Of a stretch of 64,000 nt of DNA, positions 30,146 to 39,699 are shown in pieces. The stretch spans positions 186,001-250,000 of IMG/VR virus record IMGVR_UViG_3300043570_001980, one strand, 5' to 3'. Both the position numbers and the translations under genes were made by a program. The number at the start of each line of letters is the position of its first letter. Position 1 is the stretch's first letter. The notes under the pieces are model-generated. The model did not search any database and was not told where the DNA came from. It saw only the letters and a program-made list of their open reading frames with translations.

Positions 30146-30588
30146 TACACCAACGGACCTAATATCTCAAAGCCATCAATATCTTGTTTGTATAAATGTG
30201 CTTGCTCTAAGTATAAAAATTTAAAACCACGCTGTTTATAGATAGCACATTCTGTTTTCATTGTTTCAATGCCTAGTCGCATTTTGGGTCGATGATAGGT
30301 CCAAGCAAATTGGTCGCATTGTGCGTTATACTGGTCAAATCTACGTATCAGGCTAAATGCAACCAGTTCAGCGTTGTCGTAGTAGCCAATGATGTCAGCC
30401 ATTGGATCTTGATAGCGACTGTGAAATATAGGCATTACTGATGAAAAATGTTTGTAGGTACAGTAGTACTTGTATATTTCATCTAGCTTGTTGAGTGTGG
30501 TTTCATCACGATCAGTGATGTAATTCCAACCAACAGTGGGTAGGTAATTGGTTTTATCTAGGTCAATTCTGGCAAATTGATAAGTCAT
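30145..30588 (-). CDS. Arginyl-tRNA-protein transferase (ATE/Bpt) C-terminal-like GNAT-fold protein
   Basis: GYYDNAELVAFSLI..FAWTY..RLGIETMKTECAIYKQRGFKFLYL..YK resembles the ATE_C pattern (LG..S...EI..A...G..YLYLG..YK). Confidence 0.55.
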   Translation of the reverse strand: MTYQFARIDLDKTNYLPTVGWNYITDRDETTLNKLDEIYKYYCTYKHFSSVMPIFHSRYQDPMADIIGYYDNAELVAFSLIRRFDQYNAQCDQFAWTYHRPKMRLGIETMKTECAIYKQRGFKFLYLEQAHLYKQDIDGFEILGPLV

Positions 30589-31814
30589 GTTCTATCCGGA
30601 AAAAAATCTTGCTGGATACCTTTTCGGTCCAGGTCCAAGGTAACACAATGTACACCACCGTCCCAGAAGTATCTGTGTCGCAAAGGGCAAATGTGAGGAG
30701 TTATGTTGTGACGTTTAAAAGCATCAAATGCTTTTTCATTGTAGCTGTTGACAATGACATTTTGTTGATTGATCACAAGGATATTTACATCAAACACACT
30801 TTCCTCAACATACCCTACCCAATCTTGCAACCATGTTTCTACATATTCAATCAGTTCGTCATCGTATTCACTACCCTTGATCCACCAACGCCCTTGATTT
30901 TTTTCTTTAAGGTCCAAAAATGATTTCACTTTGTTCCAGCCTTCTCCGCTCAGGTATACAACTTCCCATCCAGGAAATGTATCTGCATAGGTAGGCATAT
31001 CTTCTATGCTCACAATAAGACCAGGCTTAACAGGAGTAAAACAACCGTCGATATGTCCACCAGTGGTCACAATATGATTTCTAAAGTCTGGAAAAAAATG
31101 TTCAGTTAGTTTTTTGATTTTGTCGATATCGGCAGATTCAGATATCCCAAAAAATAAATCTTTTCCGATACGGGTGATTCCATTAGTTGGAATTTGATTT
31201 AACATGTCATGATATTGATTTTCAATGATAGGATTACCAGCTGACTTCACAAGACCAGTAACCGGTTCCCACCAGTCGAACTCACTAGCCTTGGATATAA
31301 TTTCATCAGAATTGTCACCAGGTTTAAACTCAAACTGAAACAAGTTTTTACATTCTTCTTGGATCCAAACTGGCAGCTGATCAAATGGAGTAAATTCTTG
31401 TGGCCAATCAGGACCTTTAAAGTTGTTGTAATTTTTTTTAGTCCAATTACCAGGAGGCATGATACTTCGTCCTGATGATTTTATGCTGATGTTGTCGTAA
31501 GGAAACACAAAAAAGTCTGATCCAATCATAATCATCTGATCTCTTGGAATCATGCTAACAGGGCCAGGTATGCGACGATTTTGTGTCAGTAACCGATCTA
31601 GTTGTACTGTGGGTACATTTGGTCTTACAGTCTTTACATTGAACTTTTCAAGTAATGTCACAAGATTCACAAAGTCTTCTTCAGTTTCAGTAGCAATACG
31701 TTCAAACAAACTGCGTAATCGTGGATTTTTTATAAAGCTATAAAACTCAGGAGGATAACTTTTACCCACAACACAAACTTGCAATGGATCCCACGGTTGA
31801 TGTACACTATACAT
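30585..31814 (-). CDS. Amidinotransferase-family protein (copy 1) with an internal KxxxWP insertion
   Basis: WDPLQVCVVG, PRDQ, TRIGKD, GHIDGCF, FDVNIL and DGGVHCVTLDL motifs. Confidence 0.88.
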   Translation of the reverse strand: MYSVHQPWDPLQVCVVGKSYPPEFYSFIKNPRLRSLFERIATETEEDFVNLVTLLEKFNVKTVRPNVPTVQLDRLLTQNRRIPGPVSMIPRDQMIMIGSDFFVFPYDNISIKSSGRSIMPPGNWTKKNYNNFKGPDWPQEFTPFDQLPVWIQEECKNLFQFEFKPGDNSDEIISKASEFDWWEPVTGLVKSAGNPIIENQYHDMLNQIPTNGITRIGKDLFFGISESADIDKIKKLTEHFFPDFRNHIVTTGGHIDGCFTPVKPGLIVSIEDMPTYADTFPGWEVVYLSGEGWNKVKSFLDLKEKNQGRWWIKGSEYDDELIEYVETWLQDWVGYVEESVFDVNILVINQQNVIVNSYNEKAFDAFKRHNITPHICPLRHRYFWDGGVHCVTLDLDRKGIQQDFFPDRT

Positions 31815-32320
31815 TATGTTTTCCTTGGATCCTGTCTGTGGTGAAACAGGGCTTGTAGATATTCTTCAGGCCAAGAGTGATAAAATCCTTTGTCAGCCAT
31901 TTGCTTGGCTTTGGTGTTTAAATCACTTAGACTTTGTACCAATGCTAATGCATACGTGCCTTGATTCATGCACACACCATTGATCATTTCAACATCATCT
32001 GGGTGATCTTCTAGTGCCAACATGTCTCTAGGTAACAGTACTTCCTTGTTAACCAATTCAATACTACCAGCAAGCATATCGTGTGACCATTCTGTTGGAT
32101 CGTACACATAGATAATAACTTCTCGGTTGCCCATGCCTTGACGCCCACAATTTTTAAGATCGTAGTAGGGATCGGCTCCAAGATAAACTGCATAGCTGTT
32201 CTTTACTCGTGCTGACCGTGCATAAGGACAAGGAGAAAATCCCCCTAATGCAGGATGTGGAACTTCTAAGAAGTTTGTAATCCACAGTTCTATATCTTGT
32301 TTGACTTGTTCTAGTTCCAT
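31814..32320 (-). CDS. Hypothetical protein (DUF1415-like CPYAR motif)
   Basis: 168 aa; WI..F..PCPYAR..DHP..LVQ..L..GFYHSW; translationally coupled on both sides. Confidence 0.55.
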   Translation of the reverse strand: MELEQVKQDIELWITNFLEVPHPALGGFSPCPYARSARVKNSYAVYLGADPYYDLKNCGRQGMGNREVIIYVYDPTEWSHDMLAGSIELVNKEVLLPRDMLALEDHPDDVEMINGVCMNQGTYALALVQSLSDLNTKAKQMADKGFYHSWPEEYLQALFHHRQDPRKT

Positions 32321-32538
32321 TAGAAGAAAGGTAATCCAGATTTTTTAGTAGTGTCTAAATTATCTTTAATCAAATTATTGATAATTTTTCTTTCGTTTGG
32401 GGCCAACGACATGGCATCCTCGTAGGACAGGCCGCCGCGCATGTACCAGGCAAACTTTATGGACTCTTCACGTATTTGATCACACTCTTTTTCCATCCGG
32501 TCAACAAGCTTGATGACGCGGTCAGAGTCCAGGCTCAA
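32320..32538 (-). CDS. Baseplate hub assembly protein (gp51-like)
   Basis: 72 aa; WYMRGGLSYEDAMSLAPNERKII; directly after the gp26-like gene as in T4-like phages. Confidence 0.55.
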   Translation of the reverse strand: MSLDSDRVIKLVDRMEKECDQIREESIKFAWYMRGGLSYEDAMSLAPNERKIINNLIKDNLDTTKKSGLPFF

Positions 32539-33377
32539 GAGTTGGAATCGAAAAAATTTGACATATCCAATGTAAAGTTTTGATCATACTCATTACCACA
32601 ATTGGTACATTTAATTTTAATTGGTTTTAGTTCAGCTTCTTGTTTGAGTTGAATTGCACGGTCACGTATTGCACCAAACGCAGATTTTTCACAGTTGTTC
32701 AAAAACTCAACAATAAATTCTTGTTCGTTGACCTGAGCACCTGGTGTTTTAATTACGCCAATGCTCTGAGCAATGCTTCTAATTGTAAGACTGGTAATTT
32801 TTAAAAATGCTTCGCCCAACTGCTTCAGTTTTTCTTCTTCGGGTATTTCTGCATTCTGAAACATTGCTACTAGTTTTTGATCTTCAAATTGAATCTGACT
32901 ATTTGAATTTAATTCCTGATAGGTCATTGGTTTAAAATACACTTCTAAGTCTCCAACTTTGACAGGCACATCATAGTCAGGAGAATTAATATTTTCAAGT
33001 ACTACTCGAAGATCAATTTGATATTCATCTTCATTTCCACAACTGGGGCATTTGGTACCTATGTCCATGCCGTGACCGTAAGTGGCAATACGTATTGCCA
33101 CCAGTAGCGTATCAACGTCTAGACTAGGGACCTGCCATGCATCTTTAATGTTTGGACAACAACTTTCAAAAATCTTAACCATGGCAGACCCGTTGAACAA
33201 AGCATCGGGTGTTCTGGTAGTAATTTCATCAACTGCGGTCATTGGGTAAATGGGAATTTCCTGATTGGGCGGAATAGTAATTGCTTCACTATTCCAGAAT
33301 TTACCTTTTGATGGCAATCTAATATAGATTGACGGTTGTCTAAAGTACTGCTTTAGTGGGTTAGCTGTTTGTGTCAT
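32535..33377 (-). CDS. gp26: Baseplate hub assembly chaperone (gp26-like)
   Basis: LPSKG, PMTAVDE, DVDTLLVAIRIATYG, two CxxC motifs (CPSC, CTNC) and terminal NFF. Confidence 0.75.
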   Translation of the reverse strand: MTQTANPLKQYFRQPSIYIRLPSKGKFWNSEAITIPPNQEIPIYPMTAVDEITTRTPDALFNGSAMVKIFESCCPNIKDAWQVPSLDVDTLLVAIRIATYGHGMDIGTKCPSCGNEDEYQIDLRVVLENINSPDYDVPVKVGDLEVYFKPMTYQELNSNSQIQFEDQKLVAMFQNAEIPEEEKLKQLGEAFLKITSLTIRSIAQSIGVIKTPGAQVNEQEFIVEFLNNCEKSAFGAIRDRAIQLKQEAELKPIKIKCTNCGNEYDQNFTLDMSNFFDSNS

Positions 33378-33389
33378 GTTTGGGTACCA

Positions 33390-33407
33390 TAAATATATCA
33401 GTACTTA
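33390..33407. promoter_or_regulatory. Face-to-face late promoters (TAAATA on +, TAAGTA on -)
   Basis: The 42 bp gap between gp26-like (-) and tape measure (+) contains TAAATA at 33390-33395 and TACTTA at 33402-33407. Confidence 0.5.
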
Positions 33408-33419
33408 TACACCTACATT

Positions 33420-36400
33420 ATGGACGAACAAGAATTACAAGCCCTCTTTGACAAACTTAGATCTGGTGCCCAGCTCACTGACGATGAGCTGAAAAAACTG
33501 AACACAGCGTTAAACGGATCAACCAAGAATCTAGATCAATTTAAATCGGCTATTAAGGATGGTTCAAAAGAAGTAACTAAATCACTGGGCCGCTTTGCTC
33601 TTGATATAGGAGATGGATCAAAAGGATTTACACAGTTAAATCCCTTAATTGATTCAGTTAGTAATGCACTGGGAGGTATGGCCAAAGCCATACCGTTTGC
33701 TGGCGAAGCAATGAGCGCGGCTGTAAAAGCCACCGCTGAAGGTACAAAATTTGTCATTGAGCAGTTACAGAAAACTACTCAAACATTCCAAGATTTAAGT
33801 GATGTAGGTGCAGTAACTGCCAAAGGCATGTCTGGCGTTCAGGAGCAGTTCCTACGTTCTGGCATGAGCCTAAACGGCTTCCAAAAATCGATCAAAGAAA
33901 ATTCAGCTTCGTTGGCCAGATTCCGTGGACTAACAGCCGATGGTGCTGAAGAATTTAGCAAGATTGTTGGTGGTATTGTTGACAGCAAAGCCGGCGATGA
34001 ACTACGTAGAATTGGTTTTAGTGCAGATGCAATAGGTGAAGCATCAGGTGCTTATGTTGCACAGCAAACACGACTTGGCCTAGCACAGAACAAAACACAA
34101 AAGCAACTATCACAAGGTGCTGTAGAATACGCCAAAGAACTAGATCAGTTGACCAAGTTAACTGGCATGAGTAGAAAAGAAATTCAGGCTCAACAGGATG
34201 CGGCACTCAGCGAAGGTAGATTCCGTGCTCAGTATGACGAAATGGTGGCCAATGGTCAAGAAGGCGCTGCCAAAGAACTTTTAGACTTCCAAACTCAGAT
34301 CAGCAAAGTTGCTCCTGAACTGGGACAGGCAATTCGAGATCAAGCGTCGGGTTTTACCAGTAGCGAAGCCGCTATTAAAGGATTTAACAGCACAGCTGGT
34401 GCATTACCCGACATCATTGAACGCTTAAAAGCTAGTGAGATCACCAGAGATCAGGCCATACAAGAGCTACAGAATTCTACAAAAGATAACATTCAGACTC
34501 AGCGAGATTTTGCAAAAGCAGTTGGTGACGGCACAGGTACTTTCTTAAAGTATTCAGAACTCAGTGACCTGAACAATGCCACAATGCAGGACGGTGTATT
34601 AAAAGCTAAAAAGGCTCAGGATGCACAGGTTGCTGGACAAGATGAGTTAACTAACAAAACAGTTGAAGCCCAGAAAAACATGGAGCAACTGAGTCGACAG
34701 ATTCAAAATCTAGGCTTCACATTAATGCCAGCAGCGGCCACTGCTATTTCTGAATTTACTACCTCATTAAATGAATTCTTAAAATTTGTTTCTAAAACCA
34801 CAGGAATAGAAATTCCAGGAATTGCTGGTGGTAAAGGTGGTACAGGACCAGGGCAAAAAACTGCCGCTGAACAAACCAAACAAGACGAAGAAAATTGGAA
34901 AAAAGCCACACTTGGTGAAAAAGCTTCGATTGCTACTGCTAAAACTGTTGAAACAGTTGGCACCGCATTGGGCAAGGCCTTTGAGTGGATGGGTGCCAAA
35001 GAAACTGGCAAAGCAATACAAGACACGGCTGCTAAAGCCAAAGAAGAACGTGTTGCATCTGATACTGCTTACTTAGAAAAAACTGGGCGTGGTGATGCTG
35101 GCACAAAGAAATACACAGGTGGTGGGCAGGCAGCAGTAGCCGGACCGTCGGGTGGTGCTGGAGGTGCTGGACAAGCTGGCGGTGCCGTTGGTTCAGAACC
35201 AGTAGGACCAGGAGCACAAGGCAAACCCGGAGGTGGTGGCGCTGATACTAGATCAACAGGCGGCAAAGCCACCACAGACAAACCTATTAAAGCAGTGACA
35301 GGTGCCGGTCCAGGATTCACAGAAGTACAGACCACAGACGATGAAAAACAACGTAGAGAAGGTGTACGTAACTGGCGCAACAACAATCCAGGCAATCTTG
35401 AAATGGGTGCATTTGCACGGTCGTTTGGTGCAGTTGGGTCGGACGGGCGATTTGCAGTATTTCCAACACTAGCTGATGGAACCAAAGCCAAAGAAGAGTT
35501 GTTGTTTGGATCAAAGTCAAAATATGCTAATTTAAGCATCACCGATGCTCTTAACAGATATGCACCTCCCAATGAAAACAACACCGCGGCCTATATTAAG
35601 TCTGTAGCTAGTGCAGTAGGTGTTGATCCTAGTACTATATTAAACAAACTTGATTCTGGACAGCGCCAACAGATGCTAGCAGCCATCAGCAGAGTTGAAG
35701 GATTTAAAACAGGAAAAATTGTATCTGCGGCAGATGGTGGTGTATTTTCAGGACCAACAAAAGGATATCCTGCAACATTGCACGGCACAGAAGCAGTTAT
35801 TCCAATGTCAGATGGTAAAAGCATACCAGTTAAATTTGACAAGCCGGATAGACAGCAGTTAGTTGATGCATACAAGGATATGTTTAAAACGCTAAACCCA
35901 TCAAAAACAGACAGTATTAACATATCTGACATAGTTGATGAAATGTCCAAGTCCATGGCACCGGTTAAATTTGAACCTCCGAGCATACAACAATTAATTG
36001 AAACATACGGAGATGCATTTAGAACATTAATCCCCGGAATGACTGTGAACAAGCAAGGAGACGGCCTTGCTATTGAATTAGGAAGTGTTGCTGATAAGCT
36101 CAGTATGGCAGTAGACGAAATGTTTGCTGCCATGCCAGAGATGAAAAAACAGTTTAACTATGGCAAAATGGAACCTGGGGATTTCATGCGGGCCATGTTG
36201 GCAACACCGGAAGGAAAAGTATTTTCAGCACAAAACGATATTGGTGTGCAAGGACTAAACGGTCCACAAACCGAAGAATCAAAAGCACTGAGAGGCCAGT
36301 ACGATCTAATTAGAGAAATGATTCGACAACAAGATAGTGCCGCAATCAAGGCTGGAAAAATGGCCGGCGGCAGTATCGAAGATCCATTGTCTAGAATGGA

Positions 36401-36746
36401 AGTGTTGGCCGAAGATTATGTCAAGCGACAACAAATTAGAACAGGTTGGGGAACTGGAGATTGGCAAACAGGCGAAGTCGGCAAACAAAACTTGTTTGAC
36501 GAAAACTCAAAAGTCATCACAGAACTGGTCAAAGGCCTGCAGGAAAATACTCAGACCGCTACTGAAGATAAAGTCACTGGCATACTAGAAAAGTTTACAA
36601 ATTCTTTTAAAGAAATGTTTACTCAACAGTCCACACAAGGCAACGCAGTAACACCTGAGTTGATTGGTGCCATTCAAGAAATGGTACAAGCCCAGAGAGA
36701 CAATGTTAGTATCAGCAGTAAAATACTTCAAGTAAGTCAAAACTAA
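33420..36746 (+). CDS. Tape measure-like protein with a lysozyme-like (RNNNPGN) domain
   Basis: 1108 aa; Ala/Gln/Lys-rich helical N-terminus, Gly-rich linker, RNWRNNNPGNL..GRFAVFPT..G..RYAPPNENNT..Y muralytic-type domain, and ADGGVFSGP..LHGTEAVIP motif. Confidence 0.7.
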   Translation: MDEQELQALFDKLRSGAQLTDDELKKLNTALNGSTKNLDQFKSAIKDGSKEVTKSLGRFALDIGDGSKGFTQLNPLIDSVSNALGGMAKAIPFAGEAMSAAVKATAEGTKFVIEQLQKTTQTFQDLSDVGAVTAKGMSGVQEQFLRSGMSLNGFQKSIKENSASLARFRGLTADGAEEFSKIVGGIVDSKAGDELRRIGFSADAIGEASGAYVAQQTRLGLAQNKTQKQLSQGAVEYAKELDQLTKLTGMSRKEIQAQQDAALSEGRFRAQYDEMVANGQEGAAKELLDFQTQISKVAPELGQAIRDQASGFTSSEAAIKGFNSTAGALPDIIERLKASEITRDQAIQELQNSTKDNIQTQRDFAKAVGDGTGTFLKYSELSDLNNATMQDGVLKAKKAQDAQVAGQDELTNKTVEAQKNMEQLSRQIQNLGFTLMPAAATAISEFTTSLNEFLKFVSKTTGIEIPGIAGGKGGTGPGQKTAAEQTKQDEENWKKATLGEKASIATAKTVETVGTALGKAFEWMGAKETGKAIQDTAAKAKEERVASDTAYLEKTGRGDAGTKKYTGGGQAAVAGPSGGAGGAGQAGGAVGSEPVGPGAQGKPGGGGADTRSTGGKATTDKPIKAVTGAGPGFTEVQTTDDEKQRREGVRNWRNNNPGNLEMGAFARSFGAVGSDGRFAVFPTLADGTKAKEELLFGSKSKYANLSITDALNRYAPPNENNTAAYIKSVASAVGVDPSTILNKLDSGQRQQMLAAISRVEGFKTGKIVSAADGGVFSGPTKGYPATLHGTEAVIPMSDGKSIPVKFDKPDRQQLVDAYKDMFKTLNPSKTDSINISDIVDEMSKSMAPVKFEPPSIQQLIETYGDAFRTLIPGMTVNKQGDGLAIELGSVADKLSMAVDEMFAAMPEMKKQFNYGKMEPGDFMRAMLATPEGKVFSAQNDIGVQGLNGPQTEESKALRGQYDLIREMIRQQDSAAIKAGKMAGGSIEDPLSRMEVLAEDYVKRQQIRTGWGTGDWQTGEVGKQNLFDENSKVITELVKGLQENTQTATEDKVTGILEKFTNSFKEMFTQQSTQGNAVTPELIGAIQEMVQAQRDNVSISSKILQVSQN

Positions 36747-36762
36747 CGGTAAATATAGCACT

Positions 36763-38532
36763 ATGTCGTGGAAAAAATATTTTAAAGTTGCCAACTCAAA
36801 TGGTGAACTGAGTCCTTTATCAGGAAAAGGTTCTGACGGTCTACCCGGTTACGGTCGTAACGATGGTAGAGATCCTATGAAAGGACATGCTGACATTGTT
36901 TACAGAAACTATGCCAGCAGATTGCCCGAAGTCTACACTGGCCATCCAAATCGTGTTGAGCGTTATAACCAATACGAAAATATGGACAGTGACAGTGAGA
37001 TCAATGCGTGTCTTGATATTCTGGCAGAATTTTCTACTCAAAAGAACGAAAACAACTCAACTCCTTTTGAAGTACAGTACAACGAAACTCCCACAGACAA
37101 TGAAATTAGTATTATCAAGCAACAGCTTCAGCAATGGGTCAAGCTTAACAAGTTAGATCAGCGCATGTTCCGTATTTTCCGTAACACATTAAAATACGGA
37201 GATCAAGTGTTTGTACGAGATCCAGAAACATTTGAAATGTACTGGGTAGACATGACCAAAGTAGCTAGAGTTATTGTCAACGAAAGTGAAGGCAAAAGAC
37301 CCGAGCAGTATGTAATTCGTGACATTAATCCAAACTTTCAGAATCTTTCAATAGCAGTTAAAACCACCACAGACTTTCAGAGTAATCCACCGTCAACTGG
37401 TTATACAGCACCCTACAATTACTCAGCACCTAACGCTGGTGCCGGCGGCTCTGGCGGCAATAGATTTAGTGCCGCAATGAATGAAACAGTTATTGATGCA
37501 AAACACGTGGTACACCTGAGTTTAAGCGAAGGCCTGGATTTTTATTGGCCGTTTGGCATGAGCGTACTGGAAACAATTTTCCGTGTTTTTAAACAAAAAG
37601 AACTGTTGGAAGATGCGGTTCTTATCTATCGTGTGGCCCGTGCTCCTGAACGTAGAGTGTTTAAAATTGACGTGGGTAACATGCCAAGTCACATGGCCAT
37701 GGCCTTTGTTGAACGAGTTAAAAACGAAATTCACCAACGTAGAATTCCCAGTCATACTGGCGGCGGCCAAAATGTCATGGATTCAAGCTATAACCCACTG
37801 AGTATCAACGAAGATTACTTCTTCCCACAAACAGCAGACGGTCGTGGTTCAAGTGTAGATACCCTGCCCGGTGGTTCAAATCTTGGCGAAATCGACGATT
37901 TAAAGTATTTTAATAACAAAATGTGTCGTGGATTGCGTGTGCCTTCGAGCTATTTGCCCACAGGTCCTGATGACAGCGATCGTCCAATGAATGATGGTCG
38001 TGTGGGTACTGCGCTCATACAAGAATACCGTTTTAACCAGTACTGTGAACGACTACAACGTTTAGTTGTAGAAAAACTTGACGATGAATTCAAAATGTTC
38101 ATGCGTTGGAGAGGATTTAACATTGACTCAGGGCTATTCAGTATTGAGTTTAATCCGCCACAGAACTTTGCCAGTTACCGCGAAGCTGAATTAGATACCA
38201 CAAGAGTCAGCACGTTTGGTGCATTAGAACAAGTTCCTTATCTATCAAAACGTTTCTTATTAAAACGTTATCTTGGATTGTCCGAAGAAGAAATTGCAGA
38301 AAATGAAGAACTTTGGCATCAAGAGCGAGCACAACCTGATGCTCCGGGCTCAACTGGTCAGGACCTACGTAGTGTGGGCGTTACACCAGCTGATTTTGAA
38401 ACTGATATTCAAACCGGTGAAGAAATGGCTGATGCGCAAGCAACTCCAGATCTTGGTGCAGAAGCTGGACTTGCCCCTGGATCTCAACCAGCCGCGGGTA
38501 TCACACCACCCGGTCCTACGCCTGCGGTATAA
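36763..38532 (+). CDS. gp20: Portal protein (T4 gp20-like)
   Basis: LEDAVLIYRVARAPERRVFKIDVGNMP, EDYFFP..GRGSSVDTLPGG.NLGEIDDLKYF..L.VP.S.L. Confidence 0.95.
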   Translation: MSWKKYFKVANSNGELSPLSGKGSDGLPGYGRNDGRDPMKGHADIVYRNYASRLPEVYTGHPNRVERYNQYENMDSDSEINACLDILAEFSTQKNENNSTPFEVQYNETPTDNEISIIKQQLQQWVKLNKLDQRMFRIFRNTLKYGDQVFVRDPETFEMYWVDMTKVARVIVNESEGKRPEQYVIRDINPNFQNLSIAVKTTTDFQSNPPSTGYTAPYNYSAPNAGAGGSGGNRFSAAMNETVIDAKHVVHLSLSEGLDFYWPFGMSVLETIFRVFKQKELLEDAVLIYRVARAPERRVFKIDVGNMPSHMAMAFVERVKNEIHQRRIPSHTGGGQNVMDSSYNPLSINEDYFFPQTADGRGSSVDTLPGGSNLGEIDDLKYFNNKMCRGLRVPSSYLPTGPDDSDRPMNDGRVGTALIQEYRFNQYCERLQRLVVEKLDDEFKMFMRWRGFNIDSGLFSIEFNPPQNFASYREAELDTTRVSTFGALEQVPYLSKRFLLKRYLGLSEEEIAENEELWHQERAQPDAPGSTGQDLRSVGVTPADFETDIQTGEEMADAQATPDLGAEAGLAPGSQPAAGITPPGPTPAV

Positions 38533-38535
38533 ATA
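38528..38535 (+). promoter_or_regulatory. T4-type late promoter TATAAATA
   Basis: Exact T4 late consensus overlapping the portal stop codon, 5 nt before ATG 38541. Confidence 0.7.
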
Positions 38536-38540
38536 TTATT

Positions 38541-38759
38541 ATGATATTAAACGAAGTTTATCAACGTAGTCCAGACGCTTATCAAGAAGTTGCACAAGAC
38601 AACTCTCAACCTAAATTGGGAGACCTTCGTAAGACTAAATTAACTCTGCGACAGATTAATAAGCTTCGACGTATGAACGATGTTCGTACCTATGAGTTCA
38701 AAGAAAAACTTAAAAAAGTTCAACAACAATACGCCCCACCGGCGCAACCAATGGCATAA
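38541..38759 (+). CDS. Small basic protein in the head cluster
   Basis: 72 aa (RKTKLTLRQINKLR) between the portal and core genes, preceded by a late promoter. Confidence 0.7.
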   Translation: MILNEVYQRSPDAYQEVAQDNSQPKLGDLRKTKLTLRQINKLRRMNDVRTYEFKEKLKKVQQQYAPPAQPMA

Positions 38760-38871
38760 TTGACAAAATTTTAATATTTCTGTCAAAAAGTGCGAAAATT
38801 TACCCTATATCTACCCAGTTTATTGCATCTGTCTTAAATAAAGCACAGAGCCATTTACATTGGAGGATCTT

Positions 38872-39687
38872 ATGAGTAAATTTGAACAATTAATTGAATA
38901 CGTCATTAATGACGAAAACGACAAAGCTCGCGAGCTTTTCCACAACATTGTTGTAGAAAAAAGTCGTGCCATCTATGAAGAAATGATGGAAGAAGAGGAA
39001 GTAAAAGACGACGAGTCTGAGGGCGAGGAATTAGATGAATCAGAAGAAGAACTTGACGAAGCCGACATGGGCGGTGATCAAGCCGACGAGCTGATTGATG
39101 ATATTGAAGTTGAAGAAGAAGGTTTAAGCTTTGAAGGCGAAGACGACGGCGAAGAAGGCATGGAAGACGAAGAGTCTGCAGAAAACCTCGAAGACCGTGT
39201 GGTTAACCTTGAAGACAAACTAGACGAACTAATGGCCGAATTTGAAAGCCTAATGGGTGACGAAGAAGGCAGTGATGACATGGATGACATGGATGACATG
39301 GATGACATGGGCGGAATGGACGACATGGGCGACGACGGCATGAGCGACGAAGAAGTTGTTGATGACGAGTTTGAAACTGAAGGTATGTTCCAAGAAGCTG
39401 TTACTTTAAAAGCTGTTGCAAAACCAAACAACAGTGAAGAAGCTAACAACAAGAAAAGTGTAGTAGCTGCCAACAGTGGCGCACGTGGTGCAATGGCCAA
39501 GCCAGTGCATGCCGGTGCTAACGAAGGTGGTCATCACGACACAGCCGCATACAAAAACGCCACTAAAGATTTGATTGGTAAAGTTGGTAACACACCAGCA
39601 CAATCAACTCAAAGACCAACTCCAGCCACAAAGCCACAATTAGGCCAAGCCGCTGGTGTTAATACTAAGCCAGTAATTGGCAAATAA
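38872..39687 (+). CDS. Highly acidic prohead core/scaffold-like protein
   Basis: GGAGG at 38862-38866 favours ATG 38872. Extremely D/E-rich; lies between portal and protease; TAAATA at 38835. Confidence 0.7.
   Translation: MSKFEQLIEYVINDENDKARELFHNIVVEKSRAIYEEMMEEEEVKDDESEGEELDESEEELDEADMGGDQADELIDDIEVEEEGLSFEGEDDGEEGMEDEESAENLEDRVVNLEDKLDELMAEFESLMGDEEGSDDMDDMDDMDDMGGMDDMGDDGMSDEEVVDDEFETEGMFQEAVTLKAVAKPNNSEEANNKKSVVAANSGARGAMAKPVHAGANEGGHHDTAAYKNATKDLIGKVGNTPAQSTQRPTPATKPQLGQAAGVNTKPVIGK
39274..39309 (+). repeat. 9 bp tandem repeat GATGACATG x4 (DDM x4)
   Basis: Read directly from the sequence. Confidence 0.9.
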
Positions 39688-39699
39688 GGACTACAGGTA

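Noticed and set aside
38760-38786. TTGACA..TGTCAA inverted repeat as a promoter or terminator
   Set aside because: No properly spaced -10 box, weak AT-rich stem, and no convincing U-tract on the coding strand.
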